The notes beneath the pieces were generated by a model that saw only the letters and a list, made by a program, of their open reading frames with translations, was not told the origin of the DNA and searched no databases. This document shows, in pieces, positions 16,709-26,799 of a stretch of 64,000 nt of DNA. A program made the translations under genes and the position numbers. This DNA is from Bacteroidales bacterium (GTDB lineage Bacteria; Bacteroidota; Bacteroidia; Bacteroidales; WCHB1-69). Position 1 is the first letter of the stretch. Every line of letters begins with the position of its first letter. The stretch covers positions 2,547-66,546 of the forward strand of contig JAFZKY010000021.1 in the NCBI GenBank assembly GCA_017551725.1. The letters are read 5' to 3'.

Positions 16709-19700
16709 ATGAAAAACAAAGGACTTGTATTATTCTTTACGATTCTCCTTGCGCTTGTCTGTTTGTACTGTCTGTCGTTCTCCTTCGTCACATGGCGTGT
16801 GGAGAAGAAGGCTGACGCGTATGCACACAACGAGGCCGCAATTGCAGAAGTGAAGAAGGCAGCGAACGGTGATTTGATGTTGGAGAAGCATCTGATTGAT
16901 TCTTTGATTGATGCCAGAAAGTTGCAGTATCTGACCAACATGAACGACTCCACCGTGTTCTTGGGCAACACTTACAAGAAATGTAAGTACAAAGAGTTGA
17001 ACTTGGGTTTGGACTTGAAGGGCGGTATGAACGTCACCCTGGAAATCTCCATGCCGGATGTGGTGCAAAGCCTGGCCGTCAACAAGGATGACGAGTTGTT
17101 CAAGACTGCTTTCGAGAATGCGGAGAAGGAGTTTGCCAACACGACGAACGGCGACTTTATCGATATTTTCGTGAACAATTTCAACAAGCAGAAGAGTGCG
17201 TTGAAGCTTAACAATGCGAACCTGCGCACTTATTTCGGCGAGCGTTCCGGCATCAAGAATGCCTCCGACGCCCAGATCATCTCTTGGTTGAAGAAAGAGT
17301 CCGGCGAGATTGCGGACCGCACGTTCAAGATCCTCCGTACCCGTATCGACCGTTTTGGTGTGGCCCAGCCCAACCTGCAGTTGCTCCAGGGCGGCCGTAT
17401 CCTCGTGGAACTTCCCGGCGTGAAAGAGCCCGAGCGTGTCACCGACCTGTTGAAGAGCACCGCCAAGCTGGAATTCTGGGAGGTCTATAACGATGTTGTG
17501 GGTGGCAAATCCATTCAACAGCGCTTCTTCGAGGCCGATGCCAAGTTGGCTGAACAGTTGAAGAACCAGAAAGATAACCCCACAGAGGCTGCTGCTCCGG
17601 ATTCCGTTGCCGACGCACTGGGTCTGGCAGATGCCGAGGTGGAAGAGGATGAGGACGAAATCGAAGACATTGATGTCACCACGGGTGCCATCATGAGCAA
17701 GGCGGTTGCCGTTCCCGGCAGTTTTGTCATCGGCTACTTCAAAGAGGCCGACATGCCCGCCATCAACGGCATGCTCCCGCAATTGCAGCGCATCCTGGGC
17801 GACAACAGCGTTGTCTTCTACTGGGGTGCCGCCGAGAAGGATTACAACAATGCCTTCCCGCTCTATCCGTTGAAGAAGAAAAACGACCGTATCGGACCGC
17901 TCTTGAGTTCCGAGACCATCGGCGGCGCGCGCGTGGTGCGTACGGCCCGTCAGGATGTCGATCAGAACAACCGCGTGGTGGTCAACATGTCCATGGAAGA
18001 CCAGGCTGCCGACGTGTGGCGTAAGATCACCAAGGAGGCCGCCGACAACAGCGCCACCAAGCTGACAGCCATCGCCATCGTGCTCGACGAGTTCGTCTAT
18101 TCCGCTCCTACAGTGCGTTCCGAGATCCCCAACGGTAACTCCGAGATCTCCGGTCACTTCACCGTGGACGAGGCCAAGGACCTTGCCACCGTGTTGAACT
18201 CCGGTAACTTGGAAGCCCGCGTCAATGTGGTGCAATCCGAAATCGTGGGTCCTACCCTTGGTAAGGAATCCATCCGTTCCGGTTTGCTCTCCTTCCTCGC
18301 CGCTTTCATTCTGGTGGTCATCTACATGTTCCTGTACTACAGCCGCGCCGGTCTTGTTGCCGACTTGGCTCTGTTCTCCAACGTGTTCTTCATCGTGGGT
18401 GTGCTCGCCTCCATGGGCGCTGTGCTCACCCTGCCGGGTATCGCCGGTATCGTCTTGACCTTGGGTATGGCTGTTGACGCCAACGTGATCATCTACGAGC
18501 GTGTGCGTGAGGAAGTGCGTGCCGGTAAGGGCATCCGCGTTGCGGTGGACGAAGGTTTCAAACACTCCTATTCCGCTATCATCGACGGTAACGTGACCAC
18601 CCTTATCACCGCTATCGTGCTTTACATCTTCGGTTCCGGTCCCATCCAGGGTTTCGCCACCACGTTGATCATCGGTATTCTCTCCTCCCTGTTCACCGCC
18701 ATCTTGCTGTCCCGTCTTGTCATCGAGGCTCGTCTGAAGAAAGGCAAATCTCTTGAGGTTGGCAACAGCGTCACGTTGAATGCTTTCACCAACACCAGCA
18801 TCGATTTCCTCAGCAAGAGAAAGATATTCTACACCATTTCCCTGGCGTTGATCGTGATCTCCACGATTTCGTTCTGCACCTTGAAGCTGCAACCCGGTAT
18901 CGACTTCACCGGTGGCCGTTGCTATGTGGTGCGTTTCGACAAGGATGTCACCACCAAGGATGTGCGTGCGGCTGTGATCAAGGAGTTCGGCGGCAACCCG
19001 GAAGTCAAGACCTTCGGTGCCAACGATCAGATCCGTATCATCACCAACTTCAGAATCGAAAGCAACAACCAGGCGGATGACCAGCTTTGCGAGAAGAAAC
19101 TCTACAACTGTTTGAAGGGCTTCTATGCCAAGCAGGATCTCTCCGAATACGACTTCACCCACTTGACCAACGATGTGCGTGGTATCCAGTCTTCCCAGAA
19201 GATCCAGCCCACCATCGCCAAGGAATTGTTGATGAAGGCTGTTTGGGCCGTCTTGGTCTCTTTGGTGTTGATATTCATCTACATCGCCTTGCGTTTCCGC
19301 AACTGGCAGTTCGGTGTGGCGGGTGTTTGCGCCCTGTTCCACGACACCTTCCTGACGGTGGGTATGTTCTCCCTCCTCTACAAGGTGATGCCGTTCTCCA
19401 TGGAAATCGACCAGAACTTCATCGCCGCCATCTTGACGGTGATCGGTTACTCCATCAACAACAACGTGGTGATCTTTGACCGTGTTCGTGAGAACCTGGC
19501 CCTCTATCCCAAACGTACCAATTACGAGAACTTCAACAACGCCATCAACCAGACGCTCGGTCGTAACATCAACACCGCCGGCACCACGTTGGTGACGCTG
19601 CTCGTGATCTTCCTGTTTGGCGGCGAGGTGATCCGCGGTTTCGTGTTCGCCATGTTCGTGGGTATCCTCATCGGTACCTACTCCGGTATTCTCGTTTCCA

Positions 19701-19771
19701 ACCCGTTCGCCTTCGACCTCTTCAGATTGTCCGGCGACAAGGTCAAACGTGCCAAAACCACTGTTGCATAG
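16709..19771 (+). CDS. secDF: Protein translocase subunit SecDF
   Basis: LNLGLDLKGG, RIDRFGVAQP, LTLPGIAGIVLTLGMAVDANV, GIDFTGG and IGYSIN..VVIFDRVRE motifs. Confidence 0.97.
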   Translation: MKNKGLVLFFTILLALVCLYCLSFSFVTWRVEKKADAYAHNEAAIAEVKKAANGDLMLEKHLIDSLIDARKLQYLTNMNDSTVFLGNTYKKCKYKELNLGLDLKGGMNVTLEISMPDVVQSLAVNKDDELFKTAFENAEKEFANTTNGDFIDIFVNNFNKQKSALKLNNANLRTYFGERSGIKNASDAQIISWLKKESGEIADRTFKILRTRIDRFGVAQPNLQLLQGGRILVELPGVKEPERVTDLLKSTAKLEFWEVYNDVVGGKSIQQRFFEADAKLAEQLKNQKDNPTEAAAPDSVADALGLADAEVEEDEDEIEDIDVTTGAIMSKAVAVPGSFVIGYFKEADMPAINGMLPQLQRILGDNSVVFYWGAAEKDYNNAFPLYPLKKKNDRIGPLLSSETIGGARVVRTARQDVDQNNRVVVNMSMEDQAADVWRKITKEAADNSATKLTAIAIVLDEFVYSAPTVRSEIPNGNSEISGHFTVDEAKDLATVLNSGNLEARVNVVQSEIVGPTLGKESIRSGLLSFLAAFILVVIYMFLYYSRAGLVADLALFSNVFFIVGVLASMGAVLTLPGIAGIVLTLGMAVDANVIIYERVREEVRAGKGIRVAVDEGFKHSYSAIIDGNVTTLITAIVLYIFGSGPIQGFATTLIIGILSSLFTAILLSRLVIEARLKKGKSLEVGNSVTLNAFTNTSIDFLSKRKIFYTISLALIVISTISFCTLKLQPGIDFTGGRCYVVRFDKDVTTKDVRAAVIKEFGGNPEVKTFGANDQIRIITNFRIESNNQADDQLCEKKLYNCLKGFYAKQDLSEYDFTHLTNDVRGIQSSQKIQPTIAKELLMKAVWAVLVSLVLIFIYIALRFRNWQFGVAGVCALFHDTFLTVGMFSLLYKVMPFSMEIDQNFIAAILTVIGYSINNNVVIFDRVRENLALYPKRTNYENFNNAINQTLGRNINTAGTTLVTLLVIFLFGGEVIRGFVFAMFVGILIGTYSGILVSNPFAFDLFRLSGDKVKRAKTTVA

Positions 19772-19803
19772 TAACAGGTTGTTGTACGACGATTTTTATA
19801 AAA

Positions 19804-19843
19804 ATAATTCGGGATAGTGTGGAAACTATCCCGAATTTTTTTT
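19804..19843 (+). terminator. Rho-independent terminator after secDF
   Basis: aattcgggatagt / actatcccgaatt stem followed by a T run. Confidence 0.85.
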
Positions 19844-19885
19844 ATTTTAGCGGCCCAATTTGTATAAGGTAAAATATTTTAAAAA

Positions 19886-22411
19886 ATGAAACTATATAAA
19901 CTGTCACTGTTACTATTATCTATTTTAATAACAGTTACTTACTCGTTATCTGCACAAAGCGTATTGCGTGATGCCGACAATCTGTTCAGGGACTGTCAGT
20001 ACGAAAAATCTTTGGAACAATATAAGAAAGGCATTAAAAAACTGCAATCCAACCGTGTGGAAATCCAGAGAGCCACGTTCCAGATAGCCGAATGTTATCG
20101 TATCATGGGTGATCTGAAGAAGGCAGAGCAGCAGTATCTCCGTTTGGAAAAGAAGAATTATCAGAAGGACAATCCGATCATACTCTTCCATTTGGGAAGT
20201 ATCTATAATCTTCGTGGTGATTATGACTTGGCTTTGAAGTATTATAACAACTTCAAGAAGCGTGCTCCCGAGGATTCGCGTGCGGATGCCCGCATCGAGG
20301 GTTGCAAGAATGCCAAGATGTGGACGGAGAACCCCACCCGCTACGAAGTGGAGAACCTCAAGAAATTCAACACTCGTGAAGATGAATGGGCTCCCCGCTG
20401 GGGCAATGACGAGAAGCGCAACTCCATTATCTTCACCTCCAATCGTGAAGGCTCTAAAGGCAAAGGCACCGACCAGTGGACGGGTGTCAATTTCTCCGAT
20501 ATCTACATTACCAACAAGCCGAAAAGCAAAAATACCGAATGGCCGGGTGAATGGTCTCCGGTGACAACCTTGGACGAGGGCGAGACGCTGAACACCGGCG
20601 TGAACGAAGGCGAAGCATCCTCCAACCGCAAGGGTACTGTCTATTATTTTACCAAATGTCCGCAAGACAAGAAAAAAGTACAAGGTTGCTATATTTACAA
20701 GTCGATGAAGAAGGGCAAAGCTTGGGGTGAAGCCGAATTGGTCTATTTGGGAGATTCCAGCTACAACTATGTGCATCCCTTCATCTCCGGCGACGAATTG
20801 ACAATTTATTTCGCCTCCAACCGTCCGGGTGGACATGGCGGCTATGACATCTGGATGGCCACACGTGCCAAGAAGTCGGCCAAGTTCTCCAATATCACCA
20901 ATCTCGGTCCCAATGTGAACACCGCCGGACAGGAGGTGTTCCCGAGCCTGCGCAACGATCAGGAACTCTATTTCTCCTCGGACGGATGGCCCGGCATGGG
21001 CGGCCTTGACCTGTTTGTCTCCCGCAACAAGGGTGGCGTATGGCAGAAGGCTGAGAACCTGATGGTGCCCATCAACTCTTGCGGTGATGATCTGGGTATT
21101 ATCTTTGATGAAAACGAGGCTATTGACCCCAAGTCCAAATCCCCTTACTTGGCTAAGGGTTATTTTTCATCCAACCGTGCGGGTGGACGTGGTGGCGATG
21201 ACATCTACTATTTTGTTCTGCGCCCGCTGGTCTATACCATTTCCGGTTATGTTCGCGATAAGAACAACGGCCAGTATATGGATGGCGTGGAGGTGGAAAT
21301 CGAAGGTTCGGACGGTACCACCTATAAGACCACTACGGATGTGAAGGGTTATTATCATTTCGACAAGACAAAAATCCTCGGATCCACTACCTATAATTTG
21401 AAGGTGAAGAAAAGCGGCTATTGGGAGAACGGCAACACCGCCCAGCAGACGACTGTCGGCTTGACAGAAAACACCGACCTCAAACAGGACTTCTCGCTGG
21501 AGCCTATCCCGAAGGAGCCGATCCTGCTGCCGGAGATTCTGTATGATCTGGCCAAGTGGGACCTCAAACCCCAGTATAAAGACTCGTTGATGTACCTATA
21601 TAATATTATGGTAAAGAATCCGACGATTGTCATTGAGTTGCGTTCCCACACCGACTCGCGTGACACGGAGGAGAAGAACGACATTCTGTCCCAGAACCGT
21701 GCTCAGTCCTGCGTCGATTTCCTCGTGAATGAGATGGGTATCGCCGCCGATCGTATCGTGGCCAAGGGTTATGGTGAGCGTGTCCCGAGAAAATTGGAGA
21801 AGGATATGTACTCCATCTATAACGGAAAGAAATATTTCTTCGCCAAGGGTACGGTGCTGACGGAGGCTTACTGCGAATCCTTCCCCACGAAGAACGAGAA
21901 GGAGGCTGCCCACCAGCTCAACCGTCGTACGGAATTCATCATTCTGCGTGACGACTATGTGCCGAGCAGCGACAACATTGACAGCGTGCGTCGCGGTGGT
22001 GGCGGTATCGCCTTGGTGCAGGAGCGTACGGTGCCCGTAACCATTGTCGGTGACGATGTGAAGGGTGCATGCTTCGCTAACAGCAAGTCGATGGATTTTG
22101 TGATTGGCAACAAGAACAATGAGGTCTTTATGAACTATGCGGATGCCACGCGTTTCCTGAAAGAATCCATCATCAACTTGGATGATTTCGAGGAGAAGGC
22201 CGCCGCTATCAAGCAGGAAGATGGTAGCATTATTGATGGTGTAGTTCTCTACTTGCAGGAACTCCGTGTGGGTGACGACTATGCCGAGAATGTGAAGGTC
22301 ACGGTGAAGAAGAACCTGCCCGCCGCCTTCGTCATTGGCGATGGCTTCATCCAAAACGAATGGGGTAACTTCACTGTCGACAAAACCCGTAGCCTGTTGA
22401 TTTTCCGATAG
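19886..22411 (+). CDS. PorE-like protein: TPR + PD40 beta-propeller + carboxypeptidase-regulatory-like + OmpA_C domains, plus a degenerate retropepsin-like C-terminal domain
   Basis: TPRs, repeated YFASNRPGG.GGYDI (PD40) motifs, IELRSHTDSR...LSQNRAQS...HQLNRRTEF (OmpA_C), and an extra ~130 aa C-terminal domain. Confidence 0.85.
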   Translation: MKLYKLSLLLLSILITVTYSLSAQSVLRDADNLFRDCQYEKSLEQYKKGIKKLQSNRVEIQRATFQIAECYRIMGDLKKAEQQYLRLEKKNYQKDNPIILFHLGSIYNLRGDYDLALKYYNNFKKRAPEDSRADARIEGCKNAKMWTENPTRYEVENLKKFNTREDEWAPRWGNDEKRNSIIFTSNREGSKGKGTDQWTGVNFSDIYITNKPKSKNTEWPGEWSPVTTLDEGETLNTGVNEGEASSNRKGTVYYFTKCPQDKKKVQGCYIYKSMKKGKAWGEAELVYLGDSSYNYVHPFISGDELTIYFASNRPGGHGGYDIWMATRAKKSAKFSNITNLGPNVNTAGQEVFPSLRNDQELYFSSDGWPGMGGLDLFVSRNKGGVWQKAENLMVPINSCGDDLGIIFDENEAIDPKSKSPYLAKGYFSSNRAGGRGGDDIYYFVLRPLVYTISGYVRDKNNGQYMDGVEVEIEGSDGTTYKTTTDVKGYYHFDKTKILGSTTYNLKVKKSGYWENGNTAQQTTVGLTENTDLKQDFSLEPIPKEPILLPEILYDLAKWDLKPQYKDSLMYLYNIMVKNPTIVIELRSHTDSRDTEEKNDILSQNRAQSCVDFLVNEMGIAADRIVAKGYGERVPRKLEKDMYSIYNGKKYFFAKGTVLTEAYCESFPTKNEKEAAHQLNRRTEFIILRDDYVPSSDNIDSVRRGGGGIALVQERTVPVTIVGDDVKGACFANSKSMDFVIGNKNNEVFMNYADATRFLKESIINLDDFEEKAAAIKQEDGSIIDGVVLYLQELRVGDDYAENVKVTVKKNLPAAFVIGDGFIQNEWGNFTVDKTRSLLIFR

Positions 22412-22427
22412 AAATCGGATGGACGAT

Positions 22428-22463
22428 AACAAAAAGGGATGGCAATTGCCATCCCTTTTTGTT
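22428..22463. terminator. Bidirectional terminator between the porE-like gene and lptB
   Basis: Perfect palindrome aacaaaaagggatggcaattgccatccctttttgtt between convergent genes. Confidence 0.85.
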
Positions 22464-22481
22464 GTTTGGGCTTGTGAAGAA

Positions 22482-23213
22482 TTATTTCCGCAACTCGAAG
22501 TTGGAGCCTAAATAGACCTTCTTGACCATCGGGTCGCTGGCCAGTTCCTCCGCAGTGCCCGACTTGAGCACACGTCCCTCGTACAGCAGGTAGGCGCGGT
22601 CGGTGATGGAGAGCGTTTCGTGGACGTTGTGGTCGGTGATGACGATGCCGATGTTCTTGTCTTTCAGCTTGGCCACGATGTTCTGAATGTCCTCCACGGC
22701 GATGGGGTCCACGCCGGCGAAGGGCTCGTCCAACAGGATGAACTTGGGGTCGGAGGCCAGGCAGCGGGCAATCTCCACACGACGGCGCTCGCCGCCGGAG
22801 AGGTTGTTGCCCTTGTTCTTCCGCACTTTCTGGATGTTGAACTCGGAGATGAGGCTTTCCAGTATGTCGCGTTGCTCTTCCTTGCTTTTGCCGCTGAACT
22901 CCAGTATGGCCTTGATGTTGTCCTCCACGGTCAGCTGGCGGAACACGGAGGCTTCCTGCGGCAGGTAGGCGAGGCCCAGCTGCGCACGGCGGTACATGGG
23001 CAGGTCGGTGATCTCCTGGTCGTTCAGGAATATCCGGCCCGAATAGGGCTTGATGAGCCCCACAATCATATAAAAGGAGGTGGTCTTGCCGGCACCGTTC
23101 GGACCGAGCAGTCCCACAATCTCCCCTTGGGTGAACTCGATGGAAACCTCGTTCACCACTGTCCGGTTCTTGTACTTCTTGACTAGTTTTTCTGTTCGGA
23201 TATGATATTCCAT
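22482..23213 (-). CDS. lptB: LPS export ABC transporter ATP-binding protein
   Basis: [54 protein letters not shown] and ITDHNV motifs. Confidence 0.96.
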   Translation of the reverse strand: MEYHIRTEKLVKKYKNRTVVNEVSIEFTQGEIVGLLGPNGAGKTTSFYMIVGLIKPYSGRIFLNDQEITDLPMYRRAQLGLAYLPQEASVFRQLTVEDNIKAILEFSGKSKEEQRDILESLISEFNIQKVRKNKGNNLSGGERRRVEIARCLASDPKFILLDEPFAGVDPIAVEDIQNIVAKLKDKNIGIVITDHNVHETLSITDRAYLLYEGRVLKSGTAEELASDPMVKKVYLGSNFELRK

Positions 23214-23214
23214 G

Positions 23215-23619
23215 CTAACTCCTTTCTATTGCCTCTTTCAGTTTGCCCATGACGCTGTTCATCACCTGTTCCATCGGACCTTTGAGCATGGCCTGGATCC
23301 AGAAAGGCATGTCAGCCTCCGCTTCAACCTGTAATGTGCTGTCTGTCCCCATGCTTTCAATCCGGAAGTTCACCGTGGCGGAGATGCTCTTGTCGGTGTT
23401 AAGGTGGTAGGTGACAAGCCGGTAGGGTTGCGCATCGGTCAGGCGCATGTTGCAGGAAACCATGTTCTTGACGGTGAAGGAACATCCCTGCTCGTCGGCG
23501 TGCCAATCGGTAATGTCGGGGATGGGGGGCGCCTGCGTGGTCTGGATGAGATGGCAGAGGAAATCGTATGTGTTCGCCGCACTGGCGGCAATGGTTTCCG
23601 TGTGGCTGGTCAGCTTCAT
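23215..23619 (-). CDS. SRPBCC/CoxG-like hypothetical protein
   Basis: 134 aa with a helix-grip pattern and C-terminal [12 protein letters not shown] helix. Confidence 0.6.
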   Translation of the reverse strand: MKLTSHTETIAASAANTYDFLCHLIQTTQAPPIPDITDWHADEQGCSFTVKNMVSCNMRLTDAQPYRLVTYHLNTDKSISATVNFRIESMGTDSTLQVEAEADMPFWIQAMLKGPMEQVMNSVMGKLKEAIERS

Positions 23620-23644
23620 AGTTTTTTATCTTAAAAAAGTTGTG

Positions 23645-23672
23645 CAAAGATATGCTTTTTTTTGTACTTTTG
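23645..23672. promoter_or_regulatory. Divergent -7 elements (minus TATCTTTG 23645-23652; plus TACTTTTG 23665-23672)
   Basis: Two TAnnTTTG matches in the short divergent intergenic region before mscL. Confidence 0.6.
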
Positions 23673-23708
23673 CGGTGAAAAAATAGTATTAACCTAAATC
23701 GCGTTATT

Positions 23709-24143
23709 ATGAAAAAGTTTTTACAAGAGTTCAAAGACTTCGCCATGAAGGGCAATGTCATGGATATGGCGATTGGTGTCATCATCGGCGGCGCTTTCGG
23801 TAAAATCGTCACCTCGTTGGTGAACGACATCCTCATGCCCCTCGTCGGCGCATTGATCGGCAATGTGGATTTTACCACCCTGTCGGCCACGCTGCGTGCC
23901 CCGAAACTGGGCGAAGGCGGCGAGATTGTCAAGGAGGCCGTTACGCTGAACTATGGTAATTTCATCCAGACGACGGTGGACTTCCTCATCGTGGCACTCT
24001 GTATCTTCGGTGTCATCAAGCTCATCAACAAGGCTACATCTTTGGCCAAGAAGAAAGAGGAAGAGGCTCCCGCACCCGCTCCCGAACCTACCAAGGAGGA
24101 AGTGCTGCTGACCGAAATTCGCGACATCTTGAAACAGAAATAA
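23709..24143 (+). CDS. mscL: Large-conductance mechanosensitive channel
   Basis: [28 protein letters not shown]...[10 protein letters not shown]. Confidence 0.97.
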   Translation: MKKFLQEFKDFAMKGNVMDMAIGVIIGGAFGKIVTSLVNDILMPLVGALIGNVDFTTLSATLRAPKLGEGGEIVKEAVTLNYGNFIQTTVDFLIVALCIFGVIKLINKATSLAKKKEEEAPAPAPEPTKEEVLLTEIRDILKQK

Positions 24144-24211
24144 AAATGTTTTCTGACGATAGGAGAGGGGACCACAGGGTTCCCTCTTATTTTAATGAAA
24201 TACACTAAGGT

Positions 24212-25387
24212 ATGGAATATCAAAACATTCACATCATTGACGACGCTTTAGACACGCTCGCCAGTCTGGTCGTGGAGAACGGCCTGATACAGCGGATTGA
24301 CATCCTGGACGGCACACCGGATCCGTCGCTGCCGGTATATCTGCCCGCCTTTACGGACTTGCACGCGCATTTCCGCGACCCGGGCCTCACCTACAAGGAG
24401 GATGTGGAGTCGGGAAGCCGGGCGGCTGTGCGTGGCGGCTACACGGCTGTGAACCTCATGCCCAACACCCTGCCGGTGGTCAGCAGCGTGGCACAGGCCC
24501 GCGACGTGGAGGACCGCATCGCGAAGCTGGACCTGATACAGGCCAATCAGGTGGTGAGCATGACCTTGAACGAACAGGGACAAGACTGCTCGCATCTGCG
24601 CGACATCGCAGCTGGCACCATCCCCTTCGTCTCCGACGACGGCAAGGGCGTGAACCGTGACGATGTGATGGAGGAGATTTTCAACATCTGCAAGGAGAAG
24701 GATTTTCTTATCATGGCGCATGAGGAGGATGCCCGCTACAGTCCGCAGGATTTGCGCATGGCCGAGAACGCCATGACATTCCGTGACTTGCAACTGTGCG
24801 AGAAGACAGGCGGCAGCATCCACTTCTGCCACGTCAGCACGATAGAGGCCATCACGACCATTGCCGAGGCCAAGGCCAAAGGTTTGCGCGTGTCGTGCGA
24901 GGTGTGCCCACACCACATCTATTTCAATGCGGAGCAGGCCAACTACTACCGTGTGGCGCCACCCTTCCGCAACGACGAGGACATCGCCGCCCTCATTCAG
25001 GGGATGCAGGACGGTACGGTGGATGCCATCAGCACGGACCATGCGCCGCACACGCCCGAGGACAAGGCCAACGGAGCCAACGGCATCTCCGGCATCGAGA
25101 CGGCTTTCTCGCTTTGTTACACCAAGTTGGTGCGCGGCGGCTTCCTCACCGTCCAACAGTTGGTGAAGCTGATGTCCACCACACCATCGGCCATGATGCG
25201 CGTCAACAAGGGAAGTTTCAAGGTGGGCATGAGGGCCGATTTTGTGAAGGTGGACTTGAACACCCCGTATGTGATTCGTTCGGAAGAGTTTGCCTCGCGC
25301 GGAAAGAACACGCCTTTCGAGGGTCAGCAGGTGTATGGCCGCGTGCTTGAGACCATCAAGGCGGGCAAAACGGTTTATAAGGCATAG
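24212..25387 (+). CDS. pyrC: Dihydroorotase (type I)
   Basis: DLHAHFRDPG..YKED, MPNT, HFCHVST, EVCPHH, TDHAPH and SRGKNTPF motifs. Confidence 0.92.
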   Translation: MEYQNIHIIDDALDTLASLVVENGLIQRIDILDGTPDPSLPVYLPAFTDLHAHFRDPGLTYKEDVESGSRAAVRGGYTAVNLMPNTLPVVSSVAQARDVEDRIAKLDLIQANQVVSMTLNEQGQDCSHLRDIAAGTIPFVSDDGKGVNRDDVMEEIFNICKEKDFLIMAHEEDARYSPQDLRMAENAMTFRDLQLCEKTGGSIHFCHVSTIEAITTIAEAKAKGLRVSCEVCPHHIYFNAEQANYYRVAPPFRNDEDIAALIQGMQDGTVDAISTDHAPHTPEDKANGANGISGIETAFSLCYTKLVRGGFLTVQQLVKLMSTTPSAMMRVNKGSFKVGMRADFVKVDLNTPYVIRSEEFASRGKNTPFEGQQVYGRVLETIKAGKTVYKA

Positions 25388-25389
25388 CG

Positions 25390-26799
25390 ATGGAAACCAA
25401 GCGGGAGACATTTCAGGATTATCCGGTATATTCACTGTCGGAGATTGCGTTCAGCCTGCACAAGGTGGTGGAGCGCACCTATCCGCAGCCCTATTATATC
25501 AAAGCCGAAATTCTGAAACTCAATTATTATCCCCATAGCGGGCATTGTTATCCGGAACTGGTTGAAAAAGAGGGTAATACCATTAAGGCGGAGATGCGGG
25601 CTGTGATTTGGGCCTCCCATTACCAGCGGATTAACGAGCGTTTTATACAGATTACGGGCAATCCGCTGAAGGAGAATATCAGCATCCTCTGTCTGGCCAG
25701 CATCGAGTTCAGTCCGAAGCATGGTTTGGCGCTTCATATTCAGGACATTGAGCCGAGCTACACGTTGGGCGAGATGGTGAAGAACCGCAACGCCGTTATT
25801 GAGCGGTTGAAGAAAGAGGGTGTGTTCACGGCCAACAAGCGTTTGGAGATGCCGCTGCTGCCCAAGCGCATTGCGGTCATCTCGGTGGAAACCAGCAAGG
25901 GCTTCAGCGATTTCATGACCACGTTGAACGGGAATCGTTACGGCTATCGTTTTGAGACGGAGCTCTTTCCGTCTATCTTGCAGGGCGACAAGGCCATCGT
26001 GGGCATCACGGGTCGGCTGGCGGAGATTGAGCTGCGGCGGCAGGAGTTCGACTGTGTGGTGATTGTGCGCGGCGGCGGGGGTGATGTGGGCCTCAGCTGC
26101 TACGATGAATACGAGATGGCGCATTGCGTGGCCACGTTCCCGTTGCCGGTGTTTACGGGCATCGGACACTCCACCAACCTCAGTGTCACCGACATGGTGG
26201 CGCACACCTACAACATCACACCCACCGACGTGGCCTTCGCACTCATCGGCTATTTTCAGTCTTTCGACGAGCAGGTGCAGGAGTGCCAGAAACGCTTGGT
26301 GGAGATGGCTAAGGTCATACTGGCCGATGAGCAGGTGAAGTTGGTGGAGCTGGATGCACGGCGCAAAATCGCCGTTCCGAAGGTGATCAGTCAAAGCCGC
26401 AACCGGTTGGTTCAACTGTCGCAGGACATAGCTTTGAAATCGAAAGGCTTGTTGATGCTTCAGCGAACTCTTCTCCAAAATGCGAGTGCTGGCATGGAGC
26501 GTTTGTCTCAGGCGCGTATGTTGAGCGAGCGCAAGGAATTGGAGCGCCTGTCCGAAAGCCTGAAAACGTTGGGACCGCTTTGCTTGTCGAAGCAAAACGA
26601 ACGAATTGGCCATCTGGAAGATAAAATACAATTATTGCATCCCGAAAATATTCTCAAAAGAGGATTCAGCATCACGCGGCACAACGGAAAGGCCATCCTT
26701 GATGCTTCGCAGTTGACTAATGGCGACGAGATTGTCACGCAGGTGTATGCGGGCGAGGTGAAGAGCAGGGTGGAAACGACAATGGCCAACCCCTGTTAA
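25390..26799 (+). CDS. xseA: Exodeoxyribonuclease VII large subunit
   Basis: SGHCY.ELVE OB fold, RIAVIS, IVRGGG, TGIGH and L..ENILKRGFSI motifs. Confidence 0.95.
   Translation: METKRETFQDYPVYSLSEIAFSLHKVVERTYPQPYYIKAEILKLNYYPHSGHCYPELVEKEGNTIKAEMRAVIWASHYQRINERFIQITGNPLKENISILCLASIEFSPKHGLALHIQDIEPSYTLGEMVKNRNAVIERLKKEGVFTANKRLEMPLLPKRIAVISVETSKGFSDFMTTLNGNRYGYRFETELFPSILQGDKAIVGITGRLAEIELRRQEFDCVVIVRGGGGDVGLSCYDEYEMAHCVATFPLPVFTGIGHSTNLSVTDMVAHTYNITPTDVAFALIGYFQSFDEQVQECQKRLVEMAKVILADEQVKLVELDARRKIAVPKVISQSRNRLVQLSQDIALKSKGLLMLQRTLLQNASAGMERLSQARMLSERKELERLSESLKTLGPLCLSKQNERIGHLEDKIQLLHPENILKRGFSITRHNGKAILDASQLTNGDEIVTQVYAGEVKSRVETTMANPC

Noticed and set aside
16730-19342. 870-aa minus-strand ORF
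   Set aside because: Antisense shadow of the strongly codon-biased secDF.
25390-26799. xseA without an adjacent xseB
   Set aside because: The two subunits are often unlinked, so this is uninformative without the whole genome.
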